Below are positions 19,227 to 27,976 of a DNA stretch of 44,935 nucleotides, in pieces. Origin of the DNA: a virus; UHGV virus genome UHGV-0175244. The stretch is one strand, 5' to 3'. Under the pieces are notes generated by a model. That model made no database searches, was not told the DNA's origin, and was given only the letters and a program-made list of their open reading frames with translations. How positions within the stretch are numbered: the stretch's first letter is position 1; the number at the start of each line of letters is the position of its first letter. Made by a program: the position numbers and the translations under genes.

Positions 19227-19312
19227 GCGCTTGTCGTTCTTTGCTTTAAGTCGTCAAACTTCTGCTGCAGCTCCTGCGCGACCTGTTCGACATCTTTAAT
19301 ATCTACCGCCAT
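19172..19312 (-). pseudogene. Capsid 5' fragment: 46-codon ORF carrying the real SD/ATG, out of frame with the capsid body
   Basis: AGGAG-N7-ATG at 19312 comes right after the protease stop. It reads MAVDIKDVEQVAQELQQKFDDLK and would continue ...AKNDKRVDAIEQEKG in the capsid frame if one A were added to the A-run at 19245-19247. Confidence 0.6.
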
Positions 19313-19326
19313 CGTATTTCTCCTGA

Positions 19327-19977
19327 TTAGAAGTTCAGATTTTTCAGTGCATTCAGTGCAGAGCCCACATCCTCAGCGTCGCGCAGGGACAGTGCGCCAT
19401 AGCCCCCGGCCATGAATGCTTTGGCCTGGGTACGGGAGAGTCCGACATCACGCAGGACTCTTTCGATTTTTTTCTGTTCGGGGATTTCCCCGCGGGCCAG
19501 TGCGTTCTTGACGTCGCTGATCCGCGCCTCGTCGTTAGACGGGAACGTCACCAGGCTGACTTCCCAGAGGTCGATTTCTTTCAGCAGAAAGGCTTCTTTG
19601 CTCCGGTCGTATTCCCAGTCTTTCAGGACGTACCCAATAGAAAGGCCGGTTAACGAACCGGCCTTCATGTGTGCATGTGCGCGTTTTGCGAGGGGATCAT
19701 CATCAATAAGCAACCGTCCCCTGACGTAAAGCCCGACATCGTCTTCCTTCATTTCGGTGTAAACACCGATGGGTTCATCCATGCGGTGCTGCCAGAGCAG
19801 CGCAGGTAACGCTTTTCTGTCACTCCACGCCCGCAGGGAAGCAGCAAATGCCCCGGACATCACCACATCATCGTGGCTGTCCTTTACACCAAAGACGGAG
19901 CCATACCCTTCAAACTCACCGGAGTCACTGACAGATTTCAGACTCAGCGGTACATCAAGACGTTGTTTCGTCTGCAT
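19327..19977 (-). CDS. HK97-family prohead protease
   Basis: SGEFEGYGSVFGVKDSHDDVV...GLSIGY...EVSLVTFPSNDEA motifs. ATG at 19977 with an AAGGA SD. Confidence 0.85.
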   Translation of the reverse strand: MQTKQRLDVPLSLKSVSDSGEFEGYGSVFGVKDSHDDVVMSGAFAASLRAWSDRKALPALLWQHRMDEPIGVYTEMKEDDVGLYVRGRLLIDDDPLAKRAHAHMKAGSLTGLSIGYVLKDWEYDRSKEAFLLKEIDLWEVSLVTFPSNDEARISDVKNALARGEIPEQKKIERVLRDVGLSRTQAKAFMAGGYGALSLRDAEDVGSALNALKNLNF

Positions 19978-21196
19978 TGGCGTTATCCTTCTGCTTACCG
20001 GCCTTACTGCCATCGGAGGGTTTCGTGGTCATGTTCATCGGTGTGAGATAGACATCACCACCGGGACGCGGATTCATATCTTCCAGGTCGCGGCAGTCAT
20101 TGGGAGAGTAAATTCCCCAGTTGATCCCGGTGGCGTAGGCTTCAAAACGGGACTTCATATCCCCGCGCAGTAACGCCCCGGCGTTAAATTTGGCGTAATA
20201 AACGCCCTGCTTACTTTTTCGTACCAGTCCGGTGTTGATCCGCTGTTCGATGCGGGTCAGATACGGCACCAGTGAATAGTTGATAAATCCCAGCCCCAGC
20301 TCTTCGATATTGTTGAAGGTGGCGCGATCGGTGTTCTGCACCATGTGCAACGGCACCCGGAACAGACGACAGATTTCTTCAAGCTGAAACTTGCGGGTTT
20401 CCAGGAACTGGCTGTCCTCGGCGTTCAGCGCCATCGACTTCCAGTCCAGCCCCATCTCAAGGATCATTGGGCGGTGAGCATTGCCAAGCCCGGTGTGACG
20501 CTCCTCAAAATCTTTCTTCAGGCGCTCGTAAGCCTGATCTGACAGCGTCTGCTCTGTACGCAACACACCCGACGTCACCGCGCCATTGCTGAACAGTCTG
20601 GCCCCGTGCTCTTCGGTCGCTGCCGCCAGCGATATTGCCTCGCGGGCATAGGCGATGGGATTCAGCCCCACCAGTCCGTCCAGCGTCAGCGTGCGCACAT
20701 GCCAGATATCCTCCTGGCTCAGTACATCCGTGGAGCCATCCGGGAATGTGACCTGATAGACCGGCTCCCAGCTACTGTTAAGCTTCGGTACCACACAGCC
20801 GGGATCGACGGGCAGCAGTTCAGCCACTTCGCCAAATGTTTTCACTTTGTAGGCGTAAAAGTTTCCCCGCAGGCACAGACAGGTGACCACCAGCTCCCAG
20901 AACTCCTGCGGCGTCATATAGCCATTGGGATGCGTGGAGATCAGCTTATGCAGACGTTCGCCAGTGGCTCTCTGCTTCAGGCTGCCGTTCAGGTGATACA
21001 GGTTGCAGGGCAACATCCCGACCGACTCCGCCAGCACCCTGACGCAGGAAAAAACCGCCGTCAGTCGCATGGCCCTCTGGCTGCTGATCTGCTTTCCGGT
21101 ATAGGTGTCGTATGACAGCCCGATAGCATCCACCAGCTCTGCTGGCGTGGTCACCGGTGCGTCACTTTTTCGTTGAAATAATCCCGAAAAGAACAC
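19955..21196 (-). CDS. HK97-family portal protein
   Basis: 413 aa, located between terL and the protease. Confidence 0.85.
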   Translation of the reverse strand: MFFSGLFQRKSDAPVTTPAELVDAIGLSYDTYTGKQISSQRAMRLTAVFSCVRVLAESVGMLPCNLYHLNGSLKQRATGERLHKLISTHPNGYMTPQEFWELVVTCLCLRGNFYAYKVKTFGEVAELLPVDPGCVVPKLNSSWEPVYQVTFPDGSTDVLSQEDIWHVRTLTLDGLVGLNPIAYAREAISLAAATEEHGARLFSNGAVTSGVLRTEQTLSDQAYERLKKDFEERHTGLGNAHRPMILEMGLDWKSMALNAEDSQFLETRKFQLEEICRLFRVPLHMVQNTDRATFNNIEELGLGFINYSLVPYLTRIEQRINTGLVRKSKQGVYYAKFNAGALLRGDMKSRFEAYATGINWGIYSPNDCRDLEDMNPRPGGDVYLTPMNMTTKPSDGSKAGKQKDNANADETTS

Positions 21197-21378
21197 TATT
21201 TACCTCCACCAACAGACATCTGTGTACGGTCGAGATATCGCGCTACCAGCCACGACCAGAACAGGCACAACGCCCCGGCAACAACAAACCCCGCCGGGGG
21301 ATAAATCAGCCAGGCGCCATACGCCAGCAAAAGCGCCCCCAGCACGCCCACCAGAGGCGCGAGAATCAGCATGATCAT
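21196..21378 (-). CDS. Small membrane protein (60 aa, two TM segments)
   Basis: Hydrophobic ORF between terL and the portal gene. Confidence 0.5.
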   Translation of the reverse strand: MIMLILAPLVGVLGALLLAYGAWLIYPPAGFVVAGALCLFWSWLVARYLDRTQMSVGGGK

Positions 21379-21389
21379 AATTACCTCAG

Positions 21390-23123
21390 TTAAAGCGAGC
21401 GGATCCCGTAGGACTCAATGTGGTCGGACAGCGTGTCTTCTTTCTCATACAGCATGGCTCTGCCAACCGCCATAATCAGCGCAACTGCACCATCGATTTT
21501 GTTTTCCGCCTGCTCTTTGACGGGCTTCACCACATCATCGTTACCCGGAATGGTTTTGCCGACCACGTTACCGATACACCAGGTCATGATGGGATTGCCA
21601 TCATGATGAAAGCGCCCCGATTCAATTGCCGCTTCCAGCTCTTTCATCGGGTCGGACATGTTGGTGTAGTTCTGAATGATGGTGATGGGATTCAGGTCTT
21701 CATCAGCAAGGTCATGTGACAGCCCGGTCGCCCCGAAGGGGTCGATGGGTGACTCGCTGACCGGGCTGATTTTGTTCGCCGCTTTGGCCTCTTCGAGGAT
21801 GTAGCGATAATCCACCTCCGCACCATCGGTAACGGTCAGGACGCCCATTTCCACCCATTTCTGAAAGCGTTCGGCTGTCCGGCGATCTTCATTTTTCTCG
21901 ACGCTGTACACCGTGTCATACGGTACCCAGAAACGCGGGGCCACACTATAGTAATGCGTTTTACCGTCAATCTCGCGGGTATAAAGTCGCGCCATGCTGT
22001 TCATATCCAGCTTACGCGCCAGGTCAAAGGCCAGAATGCACGGCTGCCCCTCGAACTGCTCAAGGGTCAGTGATTTATCCTCGCAGCTCTGCCAGCTCAC
22101 CAGGTTGAAATACGCCGAACGCGCCGACACCCAGATATTGAGGTGTTTTGTTTTAAAGACGTTTGCCAGACGGGCGTTATTTTTCGCACGCTGCTGCTGA
22201 CTTAACAAAAATTCGCGATAAACCGACACGCCAATATTCGGGTTAGCTTTTTCCAGCACCTGCGGGTCGGTCCAGTCATCGCCTTCGTCAACGGTATAGA
22301 TGATCCCGAACAGTTCATCGTTGGGTACCGACCCGTTGAGCATCTCGATAACTTCCCGTCGCTTGTCGTAGCACGGCCCCTCAATGTTGTACCCGGCAGT
22401 AGTAATGGCCCACATCAGTGGCTGACGTCTCGCCCCCATCCCGGTAAGCATCGTGGTGTAAAGCGCATCGGTGGCGTGCTCGTGATATTCATCCACCACC
22501 GCACAGTGGGGTGATGAACCATCACCGGGGTTACCGATCAGCGGTTCAAACCGCGCGCCATCCTCCGGACGATTCATGTTTGAGGCGTTAACCTCAATCC
22601 CGAACGCTTCCGTCAGCATGGGTGTGCGTTTACACATCAGTCGCGCCGGGCGAAAGACTTCCCACGCCTGTTTCTCTGTCGTGGCACCGGAATACACTTC
22701 CGCGCCAAACTCGTTATCACAGGCAAAACAATACAGGGCAACACCGGCAGAGATTGCCGATTTGCCGTTCTTACGGGGGATTTCGGTATACACCTCACGG
22801 AAGCGGCGCAGCCGGGAGCCTTTATTGACCCAGCCAAACGCGCAGCAGATCACAAAGAGCTGCCACGGCTCCAGCGTGATGGGCATCCGTTTAAATGCCC
22901 ACTCACCCTTGGTGTGCGGCAACAGCTGAATAAATTTCGCGGCTCGTTCAGCCAGGTCCTTGTCGAAGCGGTAACGAAACGACTTACTTTTTTCCTCCAT
23001 CAGGTCATCAAGATGGCGCTGGCAGGCCTGAATCACAAACTGGCAGGCCACAATCTTTCCGCGCACGACATCCCGGGCATACTGATTGGCAGCATTTACG
23101 TTGGGGTAAGATTTCCGGCTCAT
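21390..23123 (-). CDS. terL: Terminase large subunit
   Basis: 577 aa with a Walker-like GKS motif ([11 protein letters not shown]) and a nuclease C-terminal domain. It sits downstream of terS. Confidence 0.9.
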   Translation of the reverse strand: MSRKSYPNVNAANQYARDVVRGKIVACQFVIQACQRHLDDLMEEKSKSFRYRFDKDLAERAAKFIQLLPHTKGEWAFKRMPITLEPWQLFVICCAFGWVNKGSRLRRFREVYTEIPRKNGKSAISAGVALYCFACDNEFGAEVYSGATTEKQAWEVFRPARLMCKRTPMLTEAFGIEVNASNMNRPEDGARFEPLIGNPGDGSSPHCAVVDEYHEHATDALYTTMLTGMGARRQPLMWAITTAGYNIEGPCYDKRREVIEMLNGSVPNDELFGIIYTVDEGDDWTDPQVLEKANPNIGVSVYREFLLSQQQRAKNNARLANVFKTKHLNIWVSARSAYFNLVSWQSCEDKSLTLEQFEGQPCILAFDLARKLDMNSMARLYTREIDGKTHYYSVAPRFWVPYDTVYSVEKNEDRRTAERFQKWVEMGVLTVTDGAEVDYRYILEEAKAANKISPVSESPIDPFGATGLSHDLADEDLNPITIIQNYTNMSDPMKELEAAIESGRFHHDGNPIMTWCIGNVVGKTIPGNDDVVKPVKEQAENKIDGAVALIMAVGRAMLYEKEDTLSDHIESYGIRSL

Positions 23124-23623
23124 GATTCGATGATTTTCAGAAACGGGTTAGTGGCTTTCTTCTGCCCCGCCAGGCCAATCAGACGCTGGCGGCTGCTGGG
23201 GTCGAGTCCGAGCATTGCCCCCGTACTGCTCATCTCGGACTCCTGTTCTTTTTTGGCGGTCAGCTCCGGATTTTTGACCATACCGCCCATTGCACCGGTG
23301 ATGGTGTTGCCCTGTCTGGCAATATTTTTCACGGCACGTCGCCAGAACTCATAGGCCACGCACCACCGCTCAAGTACCGCCAGGTCAGTCACGCACAGCA
23401 GGCCCTGACCGCAGAGTTCTTTGGTTGTCAGTTGCCACATGATCGTGGCGAGAGGGAGATCTTCTTCAGCGAACCACTCCGGTGGGTCAGCACCTTTGAT
23501 GGGCGTAAAAACAGGTTCATCTTTATTCAGGGCTCGCTTGCCGGGGTTTCCGGCCAGCACCTTGCGCGCCGTTGGCTTGGGGCGACGCCCGGAACGCCCC
23601 GCCGTTCCAGCCATATGCGGCAC
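23120..23623 (-). CDS. terS: Terminase small subunit (P27 family)
   Basis: [29 protein letters not shown] is the typical P27-family N-terminus. Confidence 0.8.
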   Translation of the reverse strand: MPHMAGTAGRSGRRPKPTARKVLAGNPGKRALNKDEPVFTPIKGADPPEWFAEEDLPLATIMWQLTTKELCGQGLLCVTDLAVLERWCVAYEFWRRAVKNIARQGNTITGAMGGMVKNPELTAKKEQESEMSSTGAMLGLDPSSRQRLIGLAGQKKATNPFLKIIES

Positions 23624-23721
23624 TCCTGGTTAAATTTCATTTTTCGCGGGTATAAAAAAACGATGGGGCGGGCAGTCCGGAAGACGTCAGGCTGCAGGGA
23701 TTTGACCCGCCCTCCCCTCAT

Positions 23722-23767
23722 GCAGTTGAGAATTATTATCACTAGGCAGTTGAGAATTATTATCACT
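23722..23767. repeat. Two tandem 22-bp direct repeats (GCAGTTGAGAATTATTATCACT, 2-bp spacer) in the HNH-terS gap; candidate cos / terminase recognition element
   Basis: Perfect copies at 23722-23743 and 23746-23767. The second copy overlaps the HNH stop codon. Confidence 0.5.
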
Positions 23768-24113
23768 TTAGCCGTTCACGGGCCGTCTTCGCCTTATGGC
23801 ACGGCCAGCACAGGCTCTGCAGATTACTGTCTGCATCGGTGCCGCCATGCGCTTTAGGGATGATGTGGTCAACGGTTTTAGCTTCACGCACCACACCGGC
23901 ACGCAGACATAACTGACACAGGCCTTTGTCACGTTTCAGCACACGCGCACGGATAACGTCCCACTTCGAACCATAACCGCGCTGGTGACGGGATTGTCCT
24001 GGCTTATATTGCGTCCAGCCTTCGCTTTTGTGGCTTTCACAATAGCCTGACGGATCTGTGGTGGTATGGCGGCAACCGCGAACACGGCAGGCTTTTGGGA
24101 TTCGTGGCGGCAT
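23763..24113 (-). CDS. HNH endonuclease (terminase-associated, HK97 gp74-like)
   Basis: CQLCLRAG...VDHIIPKAHGGTD...NLQSLCWPCHKAKT HNH motif. It lies immediately upstream of terS. Confidence 0.85.
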   Translation of the reverse strand: MPPRIPKACRVRGCRHTTTDPSGYCESHKSEGWTQYKPGQSRHQRGYGSKWDVIRARVLKRDKGLCQLCLRAGVVREAKTVDHIIPKAHGGTDADSNLQSLCWPCHKAKTARERLK

Positions 24114-24524
24114 ATGTACTAATCTCCGATTTATCCAAATTTCACTGCCATAATGCCGACATTCTCTGCCATTATTGACTCCGTTTATCCGTTAAAAGGG
24201 ATATCAGTTAAGTTATCCCGTGCAGGGTATAAGCCATTGTCGAGACCATTCATTGAATGGCCTCTGCAATAACCGATGTCTTTCCATCAGTCCGCCACCA
24301 CAAAGAATCTTTTTTGCCATAAGGCAGGAGGTTCATCTTTCAGTGGCTGCCAGTGTTATTTCCCCACTTACTGGCTTGGGTTGTTTCGCTGTATTGCCGC
24401 AACTGGTGGTGCACAGATTTAGTTAAATCTGTTCTCGCCTGAACTATCTTTTACATACCCGGATTGTGGGGATGTAAATCACGGTTTCATTATCAAGCCC
24501 ACCCGTAGATGGGCTTTGGAATGG

Positions 24525-25043
24525 TCACTTTGGCAGTCCGGGGATCGATATTTGCGCCTGCTGCTCAAGCCTTTCGATTCTTGCTATGAGTTGCGGTTTT
24601 TTGATCCTGCCCCAGCGGTTCAGCAAGCGTCCTGACATACTGGCAACATCCTTTTCCTTCATGAACTCCAGCATTAACTCGTTGTGCTCTCTTTGGTATG
24701 AGTGAGCCATCTCCATCAGCCTGTCACGCATCCAATTAAATGCTTTGATAAACGCCTCTTTGATGGCGGCAGCTTTTTTGCCGGTAAACGACATGATGAT
24801 GTACATCGCGCCGTCTTTGGAAATTTCATATTCAACATACTGATTACCCTTGTGTTCATAGGTAACCCGCGAAAAGTTGCTGGTTAGAAATTCATCCGAA
24901 CAGTCTAGCTTTTCGATTTTCTGAATGATGTGGTGATGCTGCTTGTCGAAGTAAGCTGCTACCTTGCGGGAGGTTGTGATCACGCGATCACCAGAAACAA
25001 CCACCATGTCCCGGAAATCGAGATTAGCCAATTGATGATTCAT
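24525..25043 (-). CDS. Rha-family phage regulatory protein
   Basis: ITTSRKVAAYFDKQHHHIIQKI...ISKDGAMYIIMSFTGKKAAAIKEAFIKAFNWM matches the Rha family pattern. ATG at 25043. Confidence 0.7.
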   Translation of the reverse strand: MNHQLANLDFRDMVVVSGDRVITTSRKVAAYFDKQHHHIIQKIEKLDCSDEFLTSNFSRVTYEHKGNQYVEYEISKDGAMYIIMSFTGKKAAAIKEAFIKAFNWMRDRLMEMAHSYQREHNELMLEFMKEKDVASMSGRLLNRWGRIKKPQLIARIERLEQQAQISIPGLPK

Positions 25044-25192
25044 AGCGTCTTTACCTTTTAGAAAGTGAGCCTGTCTCACAGAAAAGCCGTCCCGAGATGG
25101 TCGCCACCATATACGGCAGTTCTCAGGCTCAACTTTCTGAAAGGCTCGGGTGATGTAATATGCGCGTGAGATGCGCTGTGAAATTCAGATGT

Positions 25193-25216
25193 AAAAAAAG
25201 CCCCGCATCGCGAGGC
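25193..25216 (-). terminator. Rho-independent terminator after the lysis cassette
   Basis: Minus strand: GCCTCGCgatGCGGGGC (one mismatch) followed by TTTTTTT. Confidence 0.55.
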
Positions 25217-25248
25217 TCATTAAATGGACTTTGTGATTTGCAAAAAAA

Positions 25249-25707
25249 TTATTTCAGGCATTGCGTCCTGATGTACTCCTGCAGGTAGTTAACCTGCGCG
25301 GTTATCCTGTCGATTCCACTTCTGAGACGGTAATAATTGAGTTCAGCATCTGCTGTAAGTCTTGGGCTTTCTCCATCGCCCATGCCGCTGGCTCTGGTCG
25401 TTGACTTTGCACAGGTGGCGGCGACTTGCAGGCGCTTACGACCAGCAGAAACATCAGCACGGAGACTTTCGATAGTCGCGTTAGCATCAGCAAGCTCCTT
25501 TGTGTATCTGGCGTCGAGTTCTGCTACATCACGTTGACGCTTCTGCATGTCAGCGATAGTGTCATTTGCCAGGCTGAGTTGCTCAGTCACTTTGTCCCGC
25601 TGCCTTTTGAACTCGGTGGCGTTGTCGTGGTAGTGGCTGGCCAGCCAGCCGAGGCTGACTATCAGGCAGATCACAACAGCGCTGATAATGGCTGCTAATC
25701 GGCTCAT
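25249..25707 (-). CDS. i-spanin (Rz-like)
   Basis: N-terminal TM ([19 protein letters not shown]) and a coiled-coil periplasmic domain. ATGA overlap with the endolysin. Confidence 0.8.
   Translation of the reverse strand: MSRLAAIISAVVICLIVSLGWLASHYHDNATEFKRQRDKVTEQLSLANDTIADMQKRQRDVAELDARYTKELADANATIESLRADVSAGRKRLQVAATCAKSTTRASGMGDGESPRLTADAELNYYRLRSGIDRITAQVNYLQEYIRTQCLK
25302..25493 (-). CDS. o-spanin (Rz1-like lipoprotein) embedded in the +1 frame of Rz
   Basis: Lipobox LVVSAC followed by the Pro-rich [13 protein letters not shown]. It lies entirely inside Rz. The exact start is uncertain. Confidence 0.7.
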   Translation of the reverse strand: MLMLTRLSKVSVLMFLLVVSACKSPPPVQSQRPEPAAWAMEKAQDLQQMLNSIITVSEVESTG

Positions 25708-26213
25708 TTCTGCCCCCACAAACAAACTTCGCGCTCAATCTCGCGGCGAGTCACCAGGCCTTTCCACTGCTTGCCCTTGGCATAGGTCCAGCGGCGCAAC
25801 TGGTCACACGCCCACTTCTGGTCGCCCTGGTTGATTTTGCGCAGTAGCGTTGAAGTCTGGAAATTGCCAGCGCCGACGTTATACGCGAATGAGTAAAGCG
25901 CCCCACGCATTGTTTCGGGGATCGGCTTCTGGATGTATGGGTTAATCTGGCGGGCGACGGCGTTCAGGTCTTTACTGAGAAGCGCACGGCATTCAGCCTC
26001 GGTGTACTTCTTGCCAAGAATGATATCTTTGCCAGTATGGCCATAGCAGACAGTCCAGACGCCTACCACATCCTGATAAGGGTTGTATCGCACACCTTCA
26101 AGACCATCGTTACCGGTTGGGCCAGTGATGAGCGCAGAGGCAATGGCTATGGCGCCACCGCCGCCGGCGATCACGCCAATCAGTTTATTCCTCATTGATG
26201 GCGTCATGCTCAC
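25704..26213 (-). CDS. SAR endolysin (T4-lysozyme/GH24 family)
   Basis: Gly/Ala-rich weakly hydrophobic N-terminal segment [19 protein letters not shown], with E-(9)-D-(6)-T catalytic spacing in [18 protein letters not shown]. Confidence 0.85.
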   Translation of the reverse strand: MSMTPSMRNKLIGVIAGGGGAIAIASALITGPTGNDGLEGVRYNPYQDVVGVWTVCYGHTGKDIILGKKYTEAECRALLSKDLNAVARQINPYIQKPIPETMRGALYSFAYNVGAGNFQTSTLLRKINQGDQKWACDQLRRWTYAKGKQWKGLVTRREIEREVCLWGQK

Positions 26214-26524
26214 CCCTGTGTATCACTTGCGATCCGCTTCAAGGCCTCGGTTACCACTTCGGCTGAAGCCGGGCGGTTACTTCCTGGCTTAGCGGAGACA
26301 TCAGCCAGATAACTGGCCAACAGTTGCGTGCGCTTTTTCTCTTCATCCAGTCGCTCTCGCTCTTCCTTGCGCTTTGCGTAATACGTCTTGATTGTGAAGA
26401 AGGCAGAGATCAGGGCGCCAATGATGAAGACATAATCCTGCAGACTCAGGACGGAAAAGATACCAAGCAAGGCTGACCACCAGTAAGGCAGATTGTGACC
26501 ATCGGTTGGGTTCATACGTTGCAT
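26210..26524 (-). CDS. Holin (two TM segments, dual-start MQRM motif)
   Basis: 104 aa with TM segments [14 protein letters not shown] and [15 protein letters not shown] and a charged C-terminus. It lies upstream of the endolysin. Confidence 0.75.
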   Translation of the reverse strand: MQRMNPTDGHNLPYWWSALLGIFSVLSLQDYVFIIGALISAFFTIKTYYAKRKEERERLDEEKKRTQLLASYLADVSAKPGSNRPASAEVVTEALKRIASDTQG

Positions 26525-26719
26525 CTCTCACCTCCGATAATGTTCGGGGTGCTATCTGTAGTCAGTAAAAGGTTCAGGGCCGTCGGGCTGATTTACCAAC
26601 AAAGCGTCGAGGGTGATTCCCGCGACCCTGAAAATAAAAAAAACCGCTCAAGGCGGGAAGAAATACCAAGGGTAAAAAGTGACGGCGCGGTAGCCGTAAT
26701 GGTCCCAAGGTAGAGGGAT

Positions 26720-26794
26720 TGGAGCATCTGGCGGGGATCGAACCCGCATATTCTGGTTGGAAGCCAGACGTAATTACCAAACTACGACAGATGC
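26720..26794 (-). tRNA. Phage-encoded tRNA-Gly (anticodon UCC)
   Basis: A hand-folded cloverleaf gives acceptor GCATCTG/CAGATGC, D stem GTAG/TTAC, anticodon stem TCTGG/CCAGA with loop CTTCCAA, T arm GCGGG-TTCGATC-CCCGC, discriminator U and an encoded CCA. Confidence 0.8.
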
Positions 26795-26880
26795 AATCTG
26801 GTTCAGGGCTCTTGCGCGGCGGGTGTCGACGTGTCGTGCAGCACGTCTCTACCCAAGAGCCCTGACCGGATCGCAGGCAT

Positions 26881-26919
26881 AAAAAAGCCCAAGGCGTTAA
26901 CCTCGGGCTTGAATTTTTT
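26881..26919. terminator. Hairpin terminator downstream of the putative late promoter (tR'-like), bidirectional shape
   Basis: AAAAAA-GCCCAAGG-cgttaa-CCTCGGGC-TTgaaTTTTTT (one mismatch). U tracts follow on both strands. Confidence 0.55.
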
Positions 26920-26958
26920 GCTTCGGAACGACTGAACGGATTCCCAGCGTTAGGGATG

Positions 26959-26987
26959 AATCTAACCAGTTTTTCCGGAGATTGCAA
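26959..26987 (-). promoter_or_regulatory. Candidate late promoter (pR'-like): TTGCAA -17 nt- TAGATT
   Basis: It lies on the minus strand ~45 nt downstream of the Q stop and upstream of the terminator, tRNA and holin. Found by hexamer inspection only. Confidence 0.3.
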
Positions 26988-27029
26988 TAGCTATTTTCCA
27001 CAAAATTTTATTTTTATAGAAAATACTCA

Positions 27030-27839
27030 TTATTTCGTCACCCGGGAGAGAATGACATCAGCGTAGGATTCCTGTTTGTGACATTCGGATACCAGCTCCT
27101 CGAAGAAAGGTTTCAGTTGCTCATAAGCTGCCGTTTTCTTAATGTCAGCCACGGCCCTTACCCCTTCCATCACCGTCGAAAACTTCATGCGCGCATAACC
27201 TCTTCCGCTGCAGCGATCGCATACCTTCATTACCGGTAGCCCAAGGCGCTCGCTGGTCTCTTTATCCAGTACCTTTCCTTTTCCATTGCAGCGACACGAA
27301 TTGCTGATAACACCCTTTCCGTTACAGGCTGAGCATTTAACTTTGACCACTTCGCGCACTTCGCTCCAGCTCTCCCAGTGGCTTGGGCGAACTGCTCGGG
27401 ACATCTTTGCCCAAAAAGGTGGCTTGCCCCACGGATATGAGCATTTATTGGTGAATACCTGGGCCTCTGTGAAGCCAGTCCCATCGCAGCAAGTGCATTT
27501 TCTAACGCTGGCAGCACTTCGCGTGTAATCCTGGTATGCAAAAGCACACAGAACTTCGAGAACTCTTTTGCGAACGTCCTGGCTGAGTTCTGAAACGATA
27601 TTAAAGCGGATTGATAATCGCTCTGCTGATTCATAAAGTAGCTCCATTGCTCGGTCAGGTGCGCTCACCCCAATCTTTGCAAGATAGAGGTCGAAGCCGA
27701 ATCCGCACTTGGCATTTACCAGACCAAGAGCGGCCATGATGTCAGTGCCGGTTAGACCATCAGATGCAGTAGCCCGTGGCGAGTCGCTCAGCATTGGTGA
27801 TTTAGGCGCGAAATATTTGGCGATAGATTCGAGGTTCAT
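27030..27839 (-). CDS. Late-gene antiterminator Q (QuuQ/YdfT-like family) with four CxxCxGxG zinc-finger motifs
   Basis: 269 aa. The N-terminus [19 protein letters not shown] resembles Qin-type Q proteins as I recall them. It is the last gene before the lysis cassette. Confidence 0.7.
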   Translation of the reverse strand: MNLESIAKYFAPKSPMLSDSPRATASDGLTGTDIMAALGLVNAKCGFGFDLYLAKIGVSAPDRAMELLYESAERLSIRFNIVSELSQDVRKRVLEVLCAFAYQDYTRSAASVRKCTCCDGTGFTEAQVFTNKCSYPWGKPPFWAKMSRAVRPSHWESWSEVREVVKVKCSACNGKGVISNSCRCNGKGKVLDKETSERLGLPVMKVCDRCSGRGYARMKFSTVMEGVRAVADIKKTAAYEQLKPFFEELVSECHKQESYADVILSRVTK

Positions 27840-27976
27840 GCTGTCTCTCCCAGGGTCTGATAGATACGGACGAAATTGCGTAATATTTTGTAGTCAACCA
27901 GCACGGTGCCGCGGCTACGCAGGAGGCGGAGCTTTTGCCAGCGGTCGCGGATGCGTTCGATAACGTCACGGCTCAT
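27836..27976 (-). CDS. YlcG-like small protein (46 aa)
   Basis: Not in the track because it is under 60 aa. [30 protein letters not shown]... has ATGA overlaps with both rusA and Q. Size and position match DLP12 ylcG. Confidence 0.5.
   Translation of the reverse strand: MSRDVIERIRDRWQKLRLLRSRGTVLVDYKILRNFVRIYQTLGETA

Noticed and set aside
5853-19415. Many 60-170-aa ORFs on the plus strand, or in alternative minus-strand frames, within the tail and head genes (for example 6577-6975, 8401-8859, 9932-10270, 14702-15118, 16112-16702, 17389-17946, 18982-19299).
   Set aside because: All are nested in, or antisense to, long well-supported structural genes. They have Arg/Pro/Gly-rich shadow-frame composition, no SDs and no coupling.
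24114-24524. 410-bp gap between the HNH and Rha genes, with short palindromes (GGGATA..TATCCC; CCATTCAttGAATGG) and small ORFs of 28-48 codons.
   Set aside because: No ORF has a convincing SD or composition. The palindromes are short enough to occur by chance. I cannot support a specific feature, although a regulatory site or small RNA is not excluded.
26573-26865. The two GGTTCAGGGC...CCCTGA hairpin elements interpreted as degenerate tRNA genes.
   Set aside because: Each is only ~60 nt. Neither has a recognisable D arm, anticodon arm or T loop (TTCGA/TTCAA). They are kept only as repeats and hairpins flanking the real tRNA.
26574-26987. 137-aa minus-strand ORF across the Q-holin intergenic region.
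   Set aside because: It overlaps the tRNA-Gly gene and two terminator hairpins, so it is an artefact of an open frame in structured non-coding DNA.
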